NCBI GenBank assembly: GCA_004431415.1
Contig: QPMI01000594.1
Span: 1-64,000 of the forward strand
Direction of reading: 5' to 3'
DNA length: 64,000 nt
Origin: Cyanophora paradoxa CCMP329
Taxonomy: Eukaryota > Plantae > Glaucophyta
The notes under the pieces are model-generated. The model had not been told where the DNA came from. It searched no databases and worked only from the letters and a program-made list of their open reading frames with translations. Positions 11,701 through 26,700 of the stretch are shown here, one piece after another. The position numbers and the translations under genes were made by a program. The first letter of the stretch is position 1; every line of letters starts with the position of its first letter.

Positions 11701-14700
11701 ATGAGCATTTTGCTATCGATTACCGAGAACGGCGCCGGTGGAAACCAGTCAATTACGGAAACACAAGTTGAGCGCGCGCCATTCGGCACAGAAGATTGGG
11801 CTCCGGTCGCAGACTGCTCTGCAGACGGGACATTACCAAACGGCGAGTGCACCGATGATGGCGACGTCATTCCTGCGTCCCGGTATCTGTATAGGGCGCG
11901 CTTCCTTGGCTTCGGGGGTGTCGAGGACCGCACTTTGGGCGAGTGGTCGGCGACGACCGAGCTCTGGACAGCCCTGCCGCCTCCCGTTCTGACTATGTTG
12001 ATGGAAGACTCGAACACAATTACCGTGTTCATCGATCTAGAGTTTGTAAGCAAGGACTTTGCTGAAAGTTACATGCTGACCTGCAATGACACCAATGAAG
12101 CAAGAATTGTGGCCGTTCCGTTACCTGGTCCGGCGACTGTGACTCTCACTCCGCTGCAGCCTAGCACGGTATACACGTGCTGGGCGATGTTGATCGCGAA
12201 GCCGCCCGTGGGCAACTCATCCGCATCATTGGATTTAATGGCGATCACCGACGACTCGCCGGCACCGGTGCTGACGACGACATCTGTGAACGCGACCGCC
12301 GCCTGGATCGATGTATCCACCCCCCCGCTTATTTCAGAGGTGGTCGTGAGCGGCTTCCGCATCTTTCGCTCGCTGAATCCGGTTTCGGGCTGGCAAGAAG
12401 CAGCAACGCTGAGCGAGGCCAATGGCGGGATCACGCCGCAGACGATTACGTACATTGATGTTGACCTTAGCCCTCAGACGGACTACTACTACAAGGCATT
12501 GTACTTCACACCTGCAGCCTCGAAGGAGAGCAGCGAGCCGAAGCAGGCGCGAACAGGCCCACCGGCACCCGAGCTCGCCCCGAACGCCGCGGAGGCGTAC
12601 GCAGTGATGTTTGATCTTATCCAGACCGGTCTCAGGACGGACCTTATATTAGCGACGAAACTTTACCGCAACGGAACGCTGAGCCAGACCCCGTTCGGCG
12701 CGGCTGCCTCATTCGTGGACGACTCCGTCAGCCCCGGAATCACGTACGAGTACACTGCACAGTACGAAGGCTCCGTTTACTACAACGGCGCCTCAACTCT
12801 GTCAGACTCGGCATTTGCGGTACCGCTCTATGTGACGACGAAGCTGGTTCAAAAGCCAAGCATCTCCGCGAACAAGATCACAGCGACGACTGTGGAGGTA
12901 TGCGTAACTTATCCAGCAGACAGCAGCCACCAGGCAATCCTCACGACGGAACTCTCTATTGTAGCGCACATTCTTTTCACGGGCGCGATCACGAAAACAA
13001 ATCCAAACCAGGACTGCAAGACGCTCGTGGGTCTGGAGCCCGCAACGACGTCGAACATTACGGCGTACTACGCGACAACTGGCGCCAACTCGCCAACCTC
13101 TGACGTCCTTCAGGTGACTCAGGCGAGCCCCGCGGCACCCTCACTGTCGGTTTCTTTCGACCCCGCGTTTCCGAGCGCGACGGTCGTCATGGTGCGGGCC
13201 GTCTTTCCGAGCCAACCAAAAGACCCGATCCAGCAGACAAGTCCCGCGGAAGACCTCTTGCCGGTCGTCACCCACGTCGAGTTGTACCGCGACGGAGACC
13301 TCGTGGAGAGCAGAGTCGCAAACATGATCGACAGCAGCTACGTGTTTACAGATTCCGGACTGCCGCCGGGTACTACGTTCACGTACGAGGCGGCCCTGCT
13401 CACGGCCTACGCCAAGTCGGACAACGGGTCTGTGGCAGCGACGACCGTGCTCGCAGCGGCACCGATGCTGACGGCATCGGGCATCAATATGAACGCATCG
13501 GCTGTGGCTGTGAAGGTTGCAAAGCCCCTGCCGGAGCAGGACGCCGCGGTCTCGATTCGCATATACTTTGCGACCTCGATCGCGGGCCCATACTCGAAGC
13601 TCGCCGAGATTGACAAGTCGGCGGACGTGTACGAATACACGCACATGGGCCTGGAGTCGGGCACTCAGTACTGGTACATGGCGGACTACACCACGGCTGG
13701 GCTCCCGAACTTCAGGGCGGGTGCCGACTCGCCGAACAGCACCGAAGACAGTGCATGGACGTCGCCGAACCCGCCCGTCTTGAACTTGGCGTCGTCCGTC
13801 GCTGTGCCCCCAAGCGAGACGAGCACCGTGATTCACGTTGCGCCTTTGACGGCAGACACCGACATCAGCCAGCTCGTTCTGGCGCGCGCCGATTCAGGGT
13901 ACACCTGCATTGAAACTTCGTGGAGCGGGACCGCCGGCACCGCAGACTGCACAGACGGCAACGGGCTGCTAGCGACGACGTACACGTACAACGCGTACTA
14001 TGTGGGACAGGAGGGCATGCAGAGCGTGCACGTAAGCATCTCAGTGACCACCCCACCCATCAATCCAGTGGTGGTCATCGGGCCATACCCCGCGACGACC
14101 ACAACGACCAGCATCGAGATCGAGCTGCCGCTTGGCTACGCAGCTAGCAACGGTACCGAGCTGTACCGAAATGGCTCCCTCGCTGCCACGCTCTCGACAT
14201 CATGCGGCGAATGCTCAAATATCAACGTTGATTGCTGCATGCGCTACAACGACACGGGGCTTGCAGCCGGCAGCGGGTACAGCTACTCGGCGCTTTTGAC
14301 CGTGGACAACGGCAATGTGCGCGTTGCGTCGCCAATGTCTCTGTACACGGAGCTGTGGACTGCGCCGCCAAAGCCTCAGCCATCCGTGTACATCACTACG
14401 ACAGGTCCATCGGTGACGGTGCAGGTCCCTCTTCCAGCTGGCCTCGGGAGCGTTGTGGAGGAGACGTGGTGCTGGGAGGAGCAGACGCCCTTGAACCGAT
14501 TCATGGTTACCGGCCAACAGTTCACTGTCGCAGGCACTGCGACTCCACCTTCAATGCCGTACAGCGTCGACTTTGCACTGTCGTACTTCTGGGTGTGCGT
14601 GTTTCATGGCAAGGGCAACACGATCAGTGAGACAGGCACAACACAGTCGACCCTGCCGCCAAGCCGACCGAATCTTTACATCGAGGCTCTGAACTCGACT

Positions 14701-17700
14701 GCTCTGGAGGCGGTCGTGACAATCAACGACTTGCCAAGCCGCAACCTCACGCAGACCGTGGTCATCACGTGCAACGGGACTGCTGCGGCATACAGCCCCA
14801 TCAAGATTCCGGCTTTGGATTTGCAGGCAACGTACACGTACATCCTGACAGGCCTGAAGCCCGGCGAGGTGATTGCGTGCAATGCGATGCTCAACTCCAC
14901 AGCTGGCGCATCAGATGCATCGGATGCGGACAATTCGGGCACCGGTGGTGAGATGACGCTTGGGCAGACCCTGCTTGCGCCTGCAGCCGCCTTGACAGTG
15001 TCCGACGTCAACAGCACGGCAGTGTTTCTGAACCTGACCGTCCCAGTGACCGAAGGCGTCCAGGTGATCAGAATTCTCGTGTATCGGACGCTGCAGCTGG
15101 GAAACTTCACAGTCCTTGCTGGAGACCTCGTTGCCGGCACTGACAAGTTCGTGGATGTGGGTCTGCTACCGCAGACAATGTACACGTACATGGTAGCCTA
15201 CACGACTCAAGGGGAGAACTCGAATCCGAGCCCGCCAAAACATGCACGCACCGCTCCGTCGGCTTCAGAGCTCCGCTTGATAGCGAACTACGTAACGAAC
15301 ATCACCTTTACAGTCACGTCGCCCGACGCGATCGAGACGCACATCGAGTACACGTACGTTTCCAGGAACGGCACTCTGCTGAGCTTGTGCTCTGGTGCCA
15401 ATGCGGTCAAGGTGTGCGAGGACACGACTGTTAATCCGGGTTATGCGTACACATACACTGTGAAGTATCGCGGCGCGGGCATTGTGGGGACGCCACTTGA
15501 TAGCACCGGTGACATCTACTCATTCAGCGCCGTGTCGACTTTGTTAGACATTGTGGTGGGGCGTCCGCCAAGGCCTGTGCTGGTGGCGGAGATTGTAACG
15601 TCAACAAGCGTGAAAATCGGCATCGTATACCCAATGGATGAGAGTCTGGACGAGATTCGAGACGTAATTATCTCGCGCAATGACACCGCAGACACGCCAG
15701 ACGTCTCGCTGCTGTGGCCATTCCCAGCTTTTGTGTGGGATAGTAGTCGGGCGCCGGGCTCGACAGAAACGTACGTGGCGGTGTTCAGCACAGACGCACT
15801 CGACTCGGACCCGTCGGCGCTTTTGACTGTGACACACCCGGCGCCCAACGCGCCAACAATGTCGCAGCTGCCGGTCGCGAACCCAAACTTTGCAACTTCG
15901 CTCCGATTCCGCATCATCATGCCCAAGGACGGCACCGTGAAGCTCATGCCCTGGATAACCGGCATCATCATTTACCGCGACGGCACTTTCCTTGAGCGTG
16001 TTTCCAGCAGCAGCGTCCTTGATGGCAGTGCAGTTGATGACTGGTACGACTTTACGGACAACGGACTGCGGCCGAATGGAACTTACACGTACAAGGCACT
16101 GGTCGAAACGTCGCTGATCAACTCGAGCTTCTCGCTTGACCTTACAATGCAGACAGCTCGAGCGGGCCCTCCGAGGATCTCGGATGTGGAGACGGTGAAC
16201 ACGACGGCGCTGAGCGTGACCGTGATAGACACTCCGTCAACAATGTTCATGCCCGTAAACGTGGTGATTGTCCGGCTCCACAGCTTCAACAGCTCGGGCG
16301 ACGTGGTAATGACTCTAGAAAAGTTGCTGAGCCCGCCAGCGGTCTCTGTGACGTTTATCGTGACTGGCCTATTGCCTGGCGAGCTGTACAATTTCAACGC
16401 CGACTTCACAACGAAGGGGGAGGAGGAGGGCTTCGCAGGAGCCGACTCGTTTATGAGCAGCCCGTCGAGCGGCCGCACAATCCCAGAGCCGCCCGACCTA
16501 GCGCTTGTGTCTGCGACCAGCTTCAACATCGTTCTTCAGGTCAGCGAACCGAGCTGCGTGCCGGGCGGTTGCAGCGTGGGCGGCGTGACGGGGGTCAAGC
16601 TGTACCGCCAGCCGGTATGGACTGCGAACGGCGAGGAGGCCTCAAAGCTGATTATGTCCTCTTTTAATGGCCCATTTGAGGACCTTGATGTTCTGCCTGG
16701 AACAAATTATACGTACCACGCAATCTACATGGCTGACATTGATTCCGACGGCAAGAGCTCAGCAAACTCAGGCTCTATCACAGTCGCTACTCCTGCACAG
16801 GCCTTGCCTCCAACTATCGTCTGGAATCACGGCGCTGGAACGAATTCGACCGCAGTCTGGCTTGCTGTGAATGACGTTCCGAATCCGAACATGCCACAAA
16901 TCGTGGTTGATCTTGTGGGAATCCTTGCATGCGATCTCGAAGACATTGGATACAGTTGTACAGACAATGACTACGTTAGCATCGCTAACCTGACGTCGAG
17001 TCCTTGGACCTTCGTGCATTCAGGTCTAATTCAGCGCAAGGAATACAAGTACAAGGCATACTACACAACCCAAAGGGCTGGCTCGACGCTCAGCTCCGCA
17101 GCAAGTGGGTGGACGGCCCCAGCTGCTCCGACCATTTCAATGACGGGTCGCACACATATGAGCATTTTGCTATCGATTACCGAGAACGGCGCCGGTGGAA
17201 ACCAGTCAATTACGGAAACACAAGTTGAGCGCGCGCCATTCGGCACAGAAGATTGGGCTCCGGTCGCAGACTGCTCTGCAGACGGGACATTACCAAACGG
17301 CGAGTGCACCGATGATGGCGACGTCATTCCTGCGTCCCGGTATCTGTATAGGGCGCGCTTCCTTGGCTTCGGGGGTGTCGAGGACCGCACTTTGGGCGAG
17401 TGGTCGGCGACGACCGAGCTCTGGACAGCCCTGCCGCCTCCCGTTCTGACTATGTTGATGGAAGACTCGAACACAATTACCGTGTTCATCGATCTAGAGT
17501 TTGTAAGCAAGGACTTTGCTGAAAGTTACATGCTGACCTGCAATGACACCAATGAAGCAAGAATTGTGGCCGTTCCGTTACCTGGTCCGGCGACTGTGAC
17601 TCTCACTCCGCTGCAGCCTAGCACGGTATACACGTGCTGGGCGATGTTGATCGCGAAGCCGCCCGTGGGCAACTCATCCGCATCATTGGATTTAATGGCG

Positions 17701-20700
17701 ATCACCGACGACTCGCCGGCACCGGTGCTGACGACGACATCTGTGAACGCGACCGCCGCCTGGATCGATGTATCCACCCCCCCGCTTATTTCAGAGGTGG
17801 TCGTGAGCGGCTTCCGCATCTTTCGCTCGCTGAATCCGGTTTCGGGCTGGCAAGAAGCAGCAACGCTGAGCGAGGCCAATGGCGGGATCACGCCGCAGAC
17901 GATTACGTACATTGATGTTGACCTTAGCCCTCAGACGGACTACTACTACAAGGCATTGTACTTCACACCTGCAGCCTCGAAGGAGAGCAGCGAGCCGAAG
18001 CAGGCGCGAACAGGCCCACCGGCACCCGAGCTCGCCCCGAACGCCGCGGAGGCGTACGCAGTGATGTTTGATCTTATCCAGACCGGTCTCAGGACGGACC
18101 TTATATTAGCGACGAAACTTTACCGCAACGGAACGCTGAGCCAGACCCCGTTCGGCGCGGCTGCCTCATTCGTGGACGACTCCGTCAGCCCCGGAATCAC
18201 GTACGAGTACACTGCACAGTACGAAGGCTCCGTTTACTACAACGGCGCCTCAACTCTGTCAGACTCGGCATTTGCGGTACCGCTCTATGTGACGACGAAG
18301 CTGGTTCAAAAGCCAAGCATCTCCGCGAACAAGATCACAGCGACGACTGTGGAGGTATGCGTAACTTATCCAGCAGACAGCAGCCACCAGGCAATCCTCA
18401 CGACGGAACTCTCTATTGTAGCGCACATTCTTTTCACGGGCGCGATCACGAAAACAAATCCAAACCAGGACTGCAAGACGCTCGTGGGTCTGGAGCCCGC
18501 AACGACGTCGAACATTACGGCGTACTACGCGACAACTGGCGCCAACTCGCCAACCTCTGACGTCCTTCAGGTGACTCAGGCGAGCCCCGCGGCACCCTCA
18601 CTGTCGGTTTCTTTCGACCCCGCGTTTCCGAGCGCGACGGTCGTCATGGTGCGGGCCGTCTTTCCGAGCCAACCAAAAGACCCGATCCAGCAGACAAGTC
18701 CCGCGGAAGACCTCTTGCCGGTCGTCACCCACGTCGAGTTGTACCGCGACGGAGACCTCGTGGAGAGCAGAGTCGCAAACATGATCGACAGCAGCTACGT
18801 GTTTACAGATTCCGGACTGCCGCCGGGTACTACGTTCACGTACGAGGCGGCCCTGCTCACGGCCTACGCCAAGTCGGACAACGGGTCTGTGGCAGCGACG
18901 ACCGTGCTCGCAGCGGCACCGATGCTGACGGCATCGGGCATCAATATGAACGCATCGGCTGTGGCTGTGAAGGTTGCAAAGCCCCTGCCGGAGCAGGACG
19001 CCGCGGTCTCGATTCGCATATACTTTGCGACCTCGATCGCGGGCCCATACTCGAAGCTCGCCGAGATTGACAAGTCGGCGGACGTGTACGAATACACGCA
19101 CATGGGCCTGGAGTCGGGCACTCAGTACTGGTACATGGCGGACTACACCACGGCTGGGCTCCCGAACTTCAGGGCGGGTGCCGACTCGCCGAACAGCACC
19201 GAAGACAGTGCATGGACGTCGCCGAACCCGCCCGTCTTGAACTTGGCGTCGTCCGTCGCTGTGCCCCCAAGCGAGACGAGCACCGTGATTCACGTTGCGC
19301 CTTTGACGGCAGACACCGACATCAGCCAGCTCGTTCTGGCGCGCGCCGATTCAGGGTACACCTGCATTGAAACTTCGTGGAGCGGGACCGCCGGCACCGC
19401 AGACTGCACAGACGGCAACGGGCTGCTAGCGACGACGTACACGTACAACGCGTACTATGTGGGACAGGAGGGCATGCAGAGCGTGCACGTAAGCATCTCA
19501 GTGACCACCCCACCCATCAATCCAGTGGTGGTCATCGGGCCATACCCCGCGACGACCACAACGACCAGCATCGAGATCGAGCTGCCGCTTGGCTACGCAG
19601 CTAGCAACGGTACCGAGCTGTACCGAAATGGCTCCCTCGCTGCCACGCTCTCGACATCATGCGGCGAATGCTCAAATATCAACGTTGATTGCTGCATGCG
19701 CTACAACGACACGGGGCTTGCAGCCGGCAGCGGGTACAGCTACTCGGCGCTTTTGACCGTGGACAACGGCAATGTGCGCGTTGCGTCGCCAATGTCTCTG
19801 TACACGGAGCTGTGGACGGCAGCCCTTCGTCGTCAGATGCTCTCTACTTCTGCTGATTTCACGGAAATCAAATCCAGCGTGGGCGCCAGCAGTCATCTAG
19901 ATCCGACTTCCACGTCCAAGAGTCTCCTAATGATCTTGCAGGCGGGACTACTCCTTCCCGCGCCCCAGCTCGCTCTTGACTCCGATGTGTGCACGCCCGT
20001 TGAGTCCTCCACTGTTCGATTCACGGCGTCCGGGTTCTCTTCCAGCGTTCAAGTGACGTCGGTTGAGCTTTTCCGCGACGGTGTGCTCGTAGCGACGGCG
20101 CCTTCCAGCAGCAGCAGAATCGCAGATGCCACGGCAGCCCCTTCCCGTCGTTACGTTTACTCTGTGCGCCTCGCGGGACCCCAAGGGGTGGTCTCCTCTC
20201 TCTCCGCTCCCCTCTCTGTGAGCACGCCGCCGTCGGCACCCACTCTGTCACTGTCGTCGCGAACGCGCAACTCGACGAGCATAAGAATCGCGAGGCCCCC
20301 CGATGTCGACGACACAAGCATCGTCTCGCTCAAACTCTACCTCGTGCGGAGCTTGCACGGGACCGGAGCGTCCGACGCAAGTGCCAGCGATCAGCCGATT
20401 CTCGTGCCTCTGCAAGCATGGCCCGCTGAGGGCGTCGTATGGACGGACGTCGGTCTGCAGTCCAGCGTGACGTACCAGTACAGGGGCTTCATCACCAATG
20501 CAGACGGGTGGAGCTCGCCTTTCTCCAACGAGATCAGTGCCGAGACCCTCTCGCTCGCACTGGAAGCGTCAGCAGCGAAACTCAATTCCGTTTACGTGCT
20601 CAATCTGAGGACGCCTTTGCTGATCAAGTTCACGTCGCCTGCGGCGGGCGCCGTCGTCGGGCGCGGGCAGGAGCTCTTCGTGCGGTACAGCTCCGCGTCC

Positions 20701-23700
20701 ACGTCCGCCTCCGACGCGGAGTTGCTCTTCGTCGCCGCCGCATCCTCGACCTCGACCGTGAGTGCCTCCGCAAGCCATAGATGCATTCTAGCGATCTTGA
20801 TTTGAGTAATCGAATGTTTTACACGCATACGCAGTTGCTCTTGTCTGGGCAGAGCATCAGCACCGGCGGCGGCCTCTTTCGCGTTTCGATCCCGGCTGCG
20901 GCAGATCCGGGCGACTTCTTCATTCGTGTCCGCTCCGCATCGCTCTCGAGCTCCGCCGACACGCCGACGTTCCGGTCAGTTTTAATCAGCTTTTTCCAAG
21001 CGCTTTGATGGCGGAAGCTGACTGAAATTAATCACGTTCGCATCAGAGTTACCGCCGTGGAGACGCGGGTCGAGACGGTTGAGTACGACCCGGACGCCGT
21101 TCCGTCCCTCGCGGACCGCATTCGCTCCGCTCCGGGCTACGCTTCCATCGACCTGTCTGTTGTGGCGGTCGAGACCGCAGCCTCGGGCGGCGGCTCTGCC
21201 CGCTCTCGCCTGCAGGCGGCCACCGTGACGCACACGTTCGCCCTGCCCGCGCCGGCATCCTCTATGATCGTGAGCCCAATATTTATGCATTCGCTTCATT
21301 TCTGCAAACGCATTCATGGAGCGCACTGAGCATGACCCTTCTATCCGGCAGACGTTCTTGTCGCTGATGCAGACCCTGACGCATGGCGACGCCCTGCTCT
21401 CTGGCATTTACTACGTCGAGTCTGGCCTCTCGGCTCGAGCCAACCTCGCCTACGTGTTCTCTGGTGCGCATGCGCTCCCCTTGCGCTTGATCGAATGCAC
21501 AAATCGATGCTGACCTGCCGAACAGGGCTGCCCCTGTCTGAGCCGGTGACGGCCAAGCTCGCTTTCGATCCCGACATCGCGGGCTCCTTCGCGGATCTCG
21601 CGAAGCAGATCCAGCGGCTCACCGGGTATCGCCCGAAGCAAACGATCGCCAAACGCCGCTCGATGCTTCAGTATTCTGAAGAATCGGTGGACGTCTCTTT
21701 CGGAGGCAGCACCGGCGCCCTCCGCGCCGCGCAGAAGGCGAGCTATGCTTTATAATTATTGCGTTCAACAAATCCAGTCTTAATAACGCAACTTGCGACC
21801 CAGGTCGCCTCGTTCGTCTCCAAAGGGGCGCTCCTCCCCTCTGTTTACTCCGTCGAGTTCGAGCACAACGGCGCGAAAACGTCGGCCCGCCACCCTCTCC
21901 TGTCCAAGAGCGCGAGCATGTCTCTCCCCTACGCCGGGATCACGCTCGCTGCGGGGTCAGGCGCCGCCGACCTGTCGCTGGGCTCTTCCTCTTCTTCCTC
22001 CGCCAGCTTCGAGCTCCTGAGCGCCGAGGGCGCCTCCGGATCCACGGGAGTCGCGGCTGCGCGGAGCGCCGCCAGCGGCGGCGTCACTCTCTTTGCGGCG
22101 GCTCCGAATTCGGGCGGGCTGGACGCGCCGATTGCGAGCGTGCCCATCGAAAATCCCGCTGCAACGGTGCAGTGCGCCGTATCAGACGGCTCGGGCGGCT
22201 TGTTTTTGGCATTCGACCCGCCCAACGGTATTTGTTTTTGAAGTCGGAGTCGCTGCGAGGTTGTTGAAATTCTTGCAGGCGGGTCGTCGCTCGTCCGCTA
22301 CCTGCACAGCACTCAGCAGACGTCGACACTTCCCGCCTCTAGCCTGCCCCAGCCTTTCGTCTGCGTCCGGCTGGGGCCGAGCAGCTCGCAGCCCCTCCGC
22401 TTGCTTGTCGGATCCCGCGCTCCGGGGCTCTACGTCGTCTCCGTGCAGGCCTCCGGTGCCCTCGAGGCAAAGGCCGTCGCGCTGCCCGGCACGAGCGGCA
22501 AGCCGATCGCGCTCGCGTCCCGCGCGCCCCTCTCGCGCGCCGCGGCGGCCGTGTTCCTCCAGTCGGACGACGCCGCCAGCGCCACCGGCGGCGAATGCAA
22601 CTCGGGCGACGGCGGCAGCGACGCCGCGCTGCACATCGTCGACGGGAGCGGCGGCATCGCGTCTGTCCCAGCAAAGCTGCGCGGCGTGTGCCCCCGCGCC
22701 CTCGCCGTCTCGCCCGACTCGTCCTTTGCCGTCATCCTTTCTACCGACGGCCGGCTCTTCCGCGGCTCGCTCCGCTCCCGCGACGGCGCCGCATTCTCAG
22801 AGCTCAAGGGCAGCGGCCGTTCGCCGCTGGCTTCGGGCGAATCGATTGCTCGGATCGCATTCCTTCAGGTCTTCGACATCTCCATCGATATCAGTTCTTT
22901 CAAATTAAATGTACCTAAATCCGATTGCAGAGCCGAGCTTATCTGGTCGCCGCCATGCTCGGGCACGCTTCCGGCCCCCGCCTCTGCGTCCTCTCTGCAG
23001 CCGACGGCGCGCCGCAAGAGTCGACGCTCCTATCCGTCGGCGACGCGCTGCCAACGGTCGCCGCCGCTGCTGCCGCCGCGACTTCGGTCGCTCTGGAGGC
23101 GGCGCCCGAGCTGCCCGCCGTTTACGTCGCCTTCGGACGCTACATGGCCCGCTTCAGAGTGGCCCCAGGTAATCAGTCTTGGACGAAGGCCGCTGCTTGC
23201 AATTTAATTTCTTTGCCGTGATTCTGACACCGTAGCGGGCATGTGCAGCGTCGGTGCAGGTGCTGGGGCCCGGGGGCGGCGAGTTGACAATGCGAATCCG
23301 CGCCCCGCTCTCCATCCCCTACGTCACCGGCGGGCTCGTCTCCGGCGTGGAGGTGCGCCGCTTTTGTTTCAGAGCTATTAGTATTCGGCGCCGGCAAGAC
23401 AAGCCGCTCTGCAGATAAAGATCCTGAACCCCATGAACCTTCGCACCATCCACAGCTTCGTGTCCGCTTTGCCAGCGGGCCTCACGAACAGCCGCCGCGT
23501 GGCGCGCATCCCGCTGACCCCGCCTACCTTCGGCATCGGAGGTAAGATCCGACAGCTTCACATGTTTTTGTACCCGCTCAATGTGCATGCGCATTTGCAG
23601 GCCACTACGCGGTCCAGGCGTGTGTCTTGGATGAGGCAGATGCCAGCGGCTGCTCGGAGATCCCTTCCAGTTCCTATTTCGCGATCCAGAGCCCGGACGG

Positions 23701-26700
23701 TGCGCACGAAAAGATTTAAACAAGCGCTAAAAGACAAGCACGATACGGAGAATTCTTGACCCGACCCCTGCGCCCCCTTCTAACTAGGATCGGCGGCGGC
23801 GGAGCCGAAGGTGGTCCTCTTCAGCGTCCGCGCGCCGGACGGGTCTGTGATCGCGGTGGGCAAGCTGCTCGCGGCCGTCGACGGCGTCGCGGTCGAGCCG
23901 CCCCAGCGCGGCTCTGTCGAGGTGTGACCTCAACAAATAAAATATTTTGATAAGAATCCGCCTGGACTAACCGATTTCCCGCTGATGTGGTTTTGCAGTC
24001 GGACATCTCTGCCGTCGACGCCACCCGCGTGCCGGCGGCGTACGATTCGGTGCTAGAGGCGTCCGTGAGCTGGAACGGGGCGGGGAAGAAGGGCGGCCTG
24101 GTGTCGGGCCCCGGGCGCGGCCTCCACCTGCTCTTCACCCGCGCCCCGGCCTCGGGCCGCTGGCTCCTCGTCAACGCAACTGTGCTGGACTCGTCCGGCG
24201 TGCGTTTAATTTGAGGTTTTGGGCAAATGAACCTTGCAACTCTTCTCTGAACGGTTTTGACGCCTTTGCAGGAGGGCGTGTGGTGGGTTCCGGGGCTCGC
24301 CGACGCCGCCTCTCCCGCGTTCGCCGCCTCGGCCGCGCTGGGCGAGGAGATCGCCTGCAGCCGCCTGCGGGTCCCACTTTTCTCGGGATCGCCCGCGGTC
24401 GAGCGCGGCTGGCTCGAGCTGCAGGACTTCCGCCTTGCCGCTTTCGCCTCCGCCGGCGCCAAAATGCAAGCCCGCTCCTACGGCTGCGGCGGGACAGAGA
24501 GCTGCCAGCTGCAGCAGAGCTCGGCGGCCGGCGCGGCGCTCGCCGCCTCCTGCGCCCCCGCAGAGCCGACGTCCGTCGAAGTGCGGGCGGACCTGGACTC
24601 GAACGGCGTCGACGCGATCGTCCAGCAGGCGTCCGCGGCCGCAGGCACGGCCGTCACCGTCTCGCAGTCGCGCCGCCGGCTGCGCCAGGCCGCCAGCACG
24701 CTCTCCCTGTCCCTCGGGGCTGGCCCCACCGCCGGAGCCGTGCGCTTATATATCTTTGTGTAGCTTCTGCTCGTTGTTCGCAGTGCTGAATGCGGACATT
24801 GCAGGCTGCCGTTAGCCTTGTCGACGCTGTAAACGGGGGTTCTTCGTCCGTCTCGCTGCTCCAGGGCGTCGCCGTCAGTGGGAGCGAGGAAATCACGAAC
24901 CCTGCGGCGCCAGCGCGTGCGCATTAAATATTCCGAATCGCGTCAACTTCGGCCGATCGGCTGATCGCGAGTGCGCAGCCGGCCAGTGGACAGCGGTCGC
25001 TTCGGCGCCGATGCAGTTCGAGCACGCCTGCGCCTTCGGGGCGGCCATCTATTTCGTGAACAGCGGCACTTCATTGCCCGCGATCTCGGTTTCGGGCTTC
25101 GACCCCGCAACGGGCGCCTGGAACAGCGGCGTCAGTCTGCCCGATGGCGGATCGTCTGCAAGCCTGGCCTGCACAGGACCCGTTATTTACGGTATGCTAT
25201 TTTCTTAAAGCTGAAAGCGAATGTGACGCCGCCGCCCGCAGCGTTCGGCGGGATTCTCGGGGGCGCTCCGACGTCGCTGCTGCGCTCGTACTCGACTGCG
25301 GACGGCGCGTGGACGACAATCGCTCCGGCCTCGGGCTCCGCGCCGCCCCCGCGCAGCTCCGCCGCCCTTCTCTCCATATCAGACACGCACCTGCTCCTCG
25401 CGTGCGTAAATATCGCTCTGCTCTTATTTCCCTTGTTAAAACCTTTTTTGAACATCGCTTATCTGGCAACTCGCAGCGGCGGAGTGGGCGGCGGTTCGGC
25501 GGCGCTCTCGGACGTCTGGCTCTTCGACGTCGCCACCTCAGAGTGGGCGCAGCTCGACGCGCCTGCTTCGGGCCCCAGCCCTCTCGCGCGCTACGGCGCC
25601 GCGGCGGCCTCGGCTGGCGATGCCGCCTACATCTTCGGAGGGGCAAGCCAGGCCGGCGCCGATGCGACGTTCTACAATGCGCTGTACTCGTGCGCTTTAT
25701 CATGATCACTTACTCTTTTAGGGTTTGTCATCGGAATTAGAATGCTGACGTTTTGTATGTCTCTTTCGCGTTTACGAAGCTTCGCCGTCGATACGGCGTC
25801 CTCGAGCTCTCCGGCGGCGACGCTCGTCTCCGACCCTGCCGCGTCTCCTTCGGCGCCCTCGCCGCGCGCCTTTGCTCTGATGCAGCTTTCTTCCACGGGA
25901 ACCTCTTCACGGGTGCGAATCTTTGAAAGAATCAACACGAAATCGGTGGTTTAAACTGGTTTTATGTTTAGATTTACATCACGGGAGGCTTCGAGTCAAG
26001 TGGGCAGCCCTCGAACCCTTCGGATCTCTTCATTTTCGATATCGGCGCGGCGGTGTGGGCGAAGGTCGCTCCCACCGGGGCGGGTCCCTCCGGCCTCGCC
26101 CGCTCGGGCGTCGCGGCGTACGGAAGCGCGCTGTATTTCTCTGCAGCGGCCGGCGTCTTTGCGTGGAGCGTCGACGGGGTTGATTCGTTCGCCTCCGGTG
26201 CGTCAGCCCTATATATATGTTACCCTCGAGTTCGTTGAAAGTTGAAGTCGGTCGCAAAGTACGTTCGTCTGACGGCCGGCACGTGCACGCCTGTGCAGCC
26301 TCTCAGATGGTGGGGGCCGCGTCGGTGATGCCCGAGGTGGTGTACCCCGTCTCGACCTCCGTCATCCTCCTGGGAGGCTCCTCCTCCGCGTCCTGGGTTG
26401 CTCCGTCCACGGCATACACCTCTGTTGTCGTCACGGCCTTCCCCGTCGACCGGAGCCGCGTGATCGTGAGCAACCAATTAAAATTGTCCGTTTCTTTCTA
26501 GAACCGCGAGGGATTCAAGCATGGGCGCAGCCTGTGTACAGCGGCGTGAATGTCGGCACGTGTCGGATGACTTTCCCGGCCAACCTAGACGCCGGCTCCT
26601 ACAGGGTCCGCCTCGCATCAAAGCGCACTTCGCTTTGGAACCGATGCCTGAGTCTCGAGGCAGGTCCAGGTCGTCCTGTCCGGGCCGACTGTCCCCGTCC

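Noticed and set aside
7396-14360. LTR retrotransposon (1.5-kb direct repeats flanking 3.9 kb)
   Set aside because: No TG...CA ends, PBS/PPT or gag/pol; the repeats are in-frame FN3 coding sequence.
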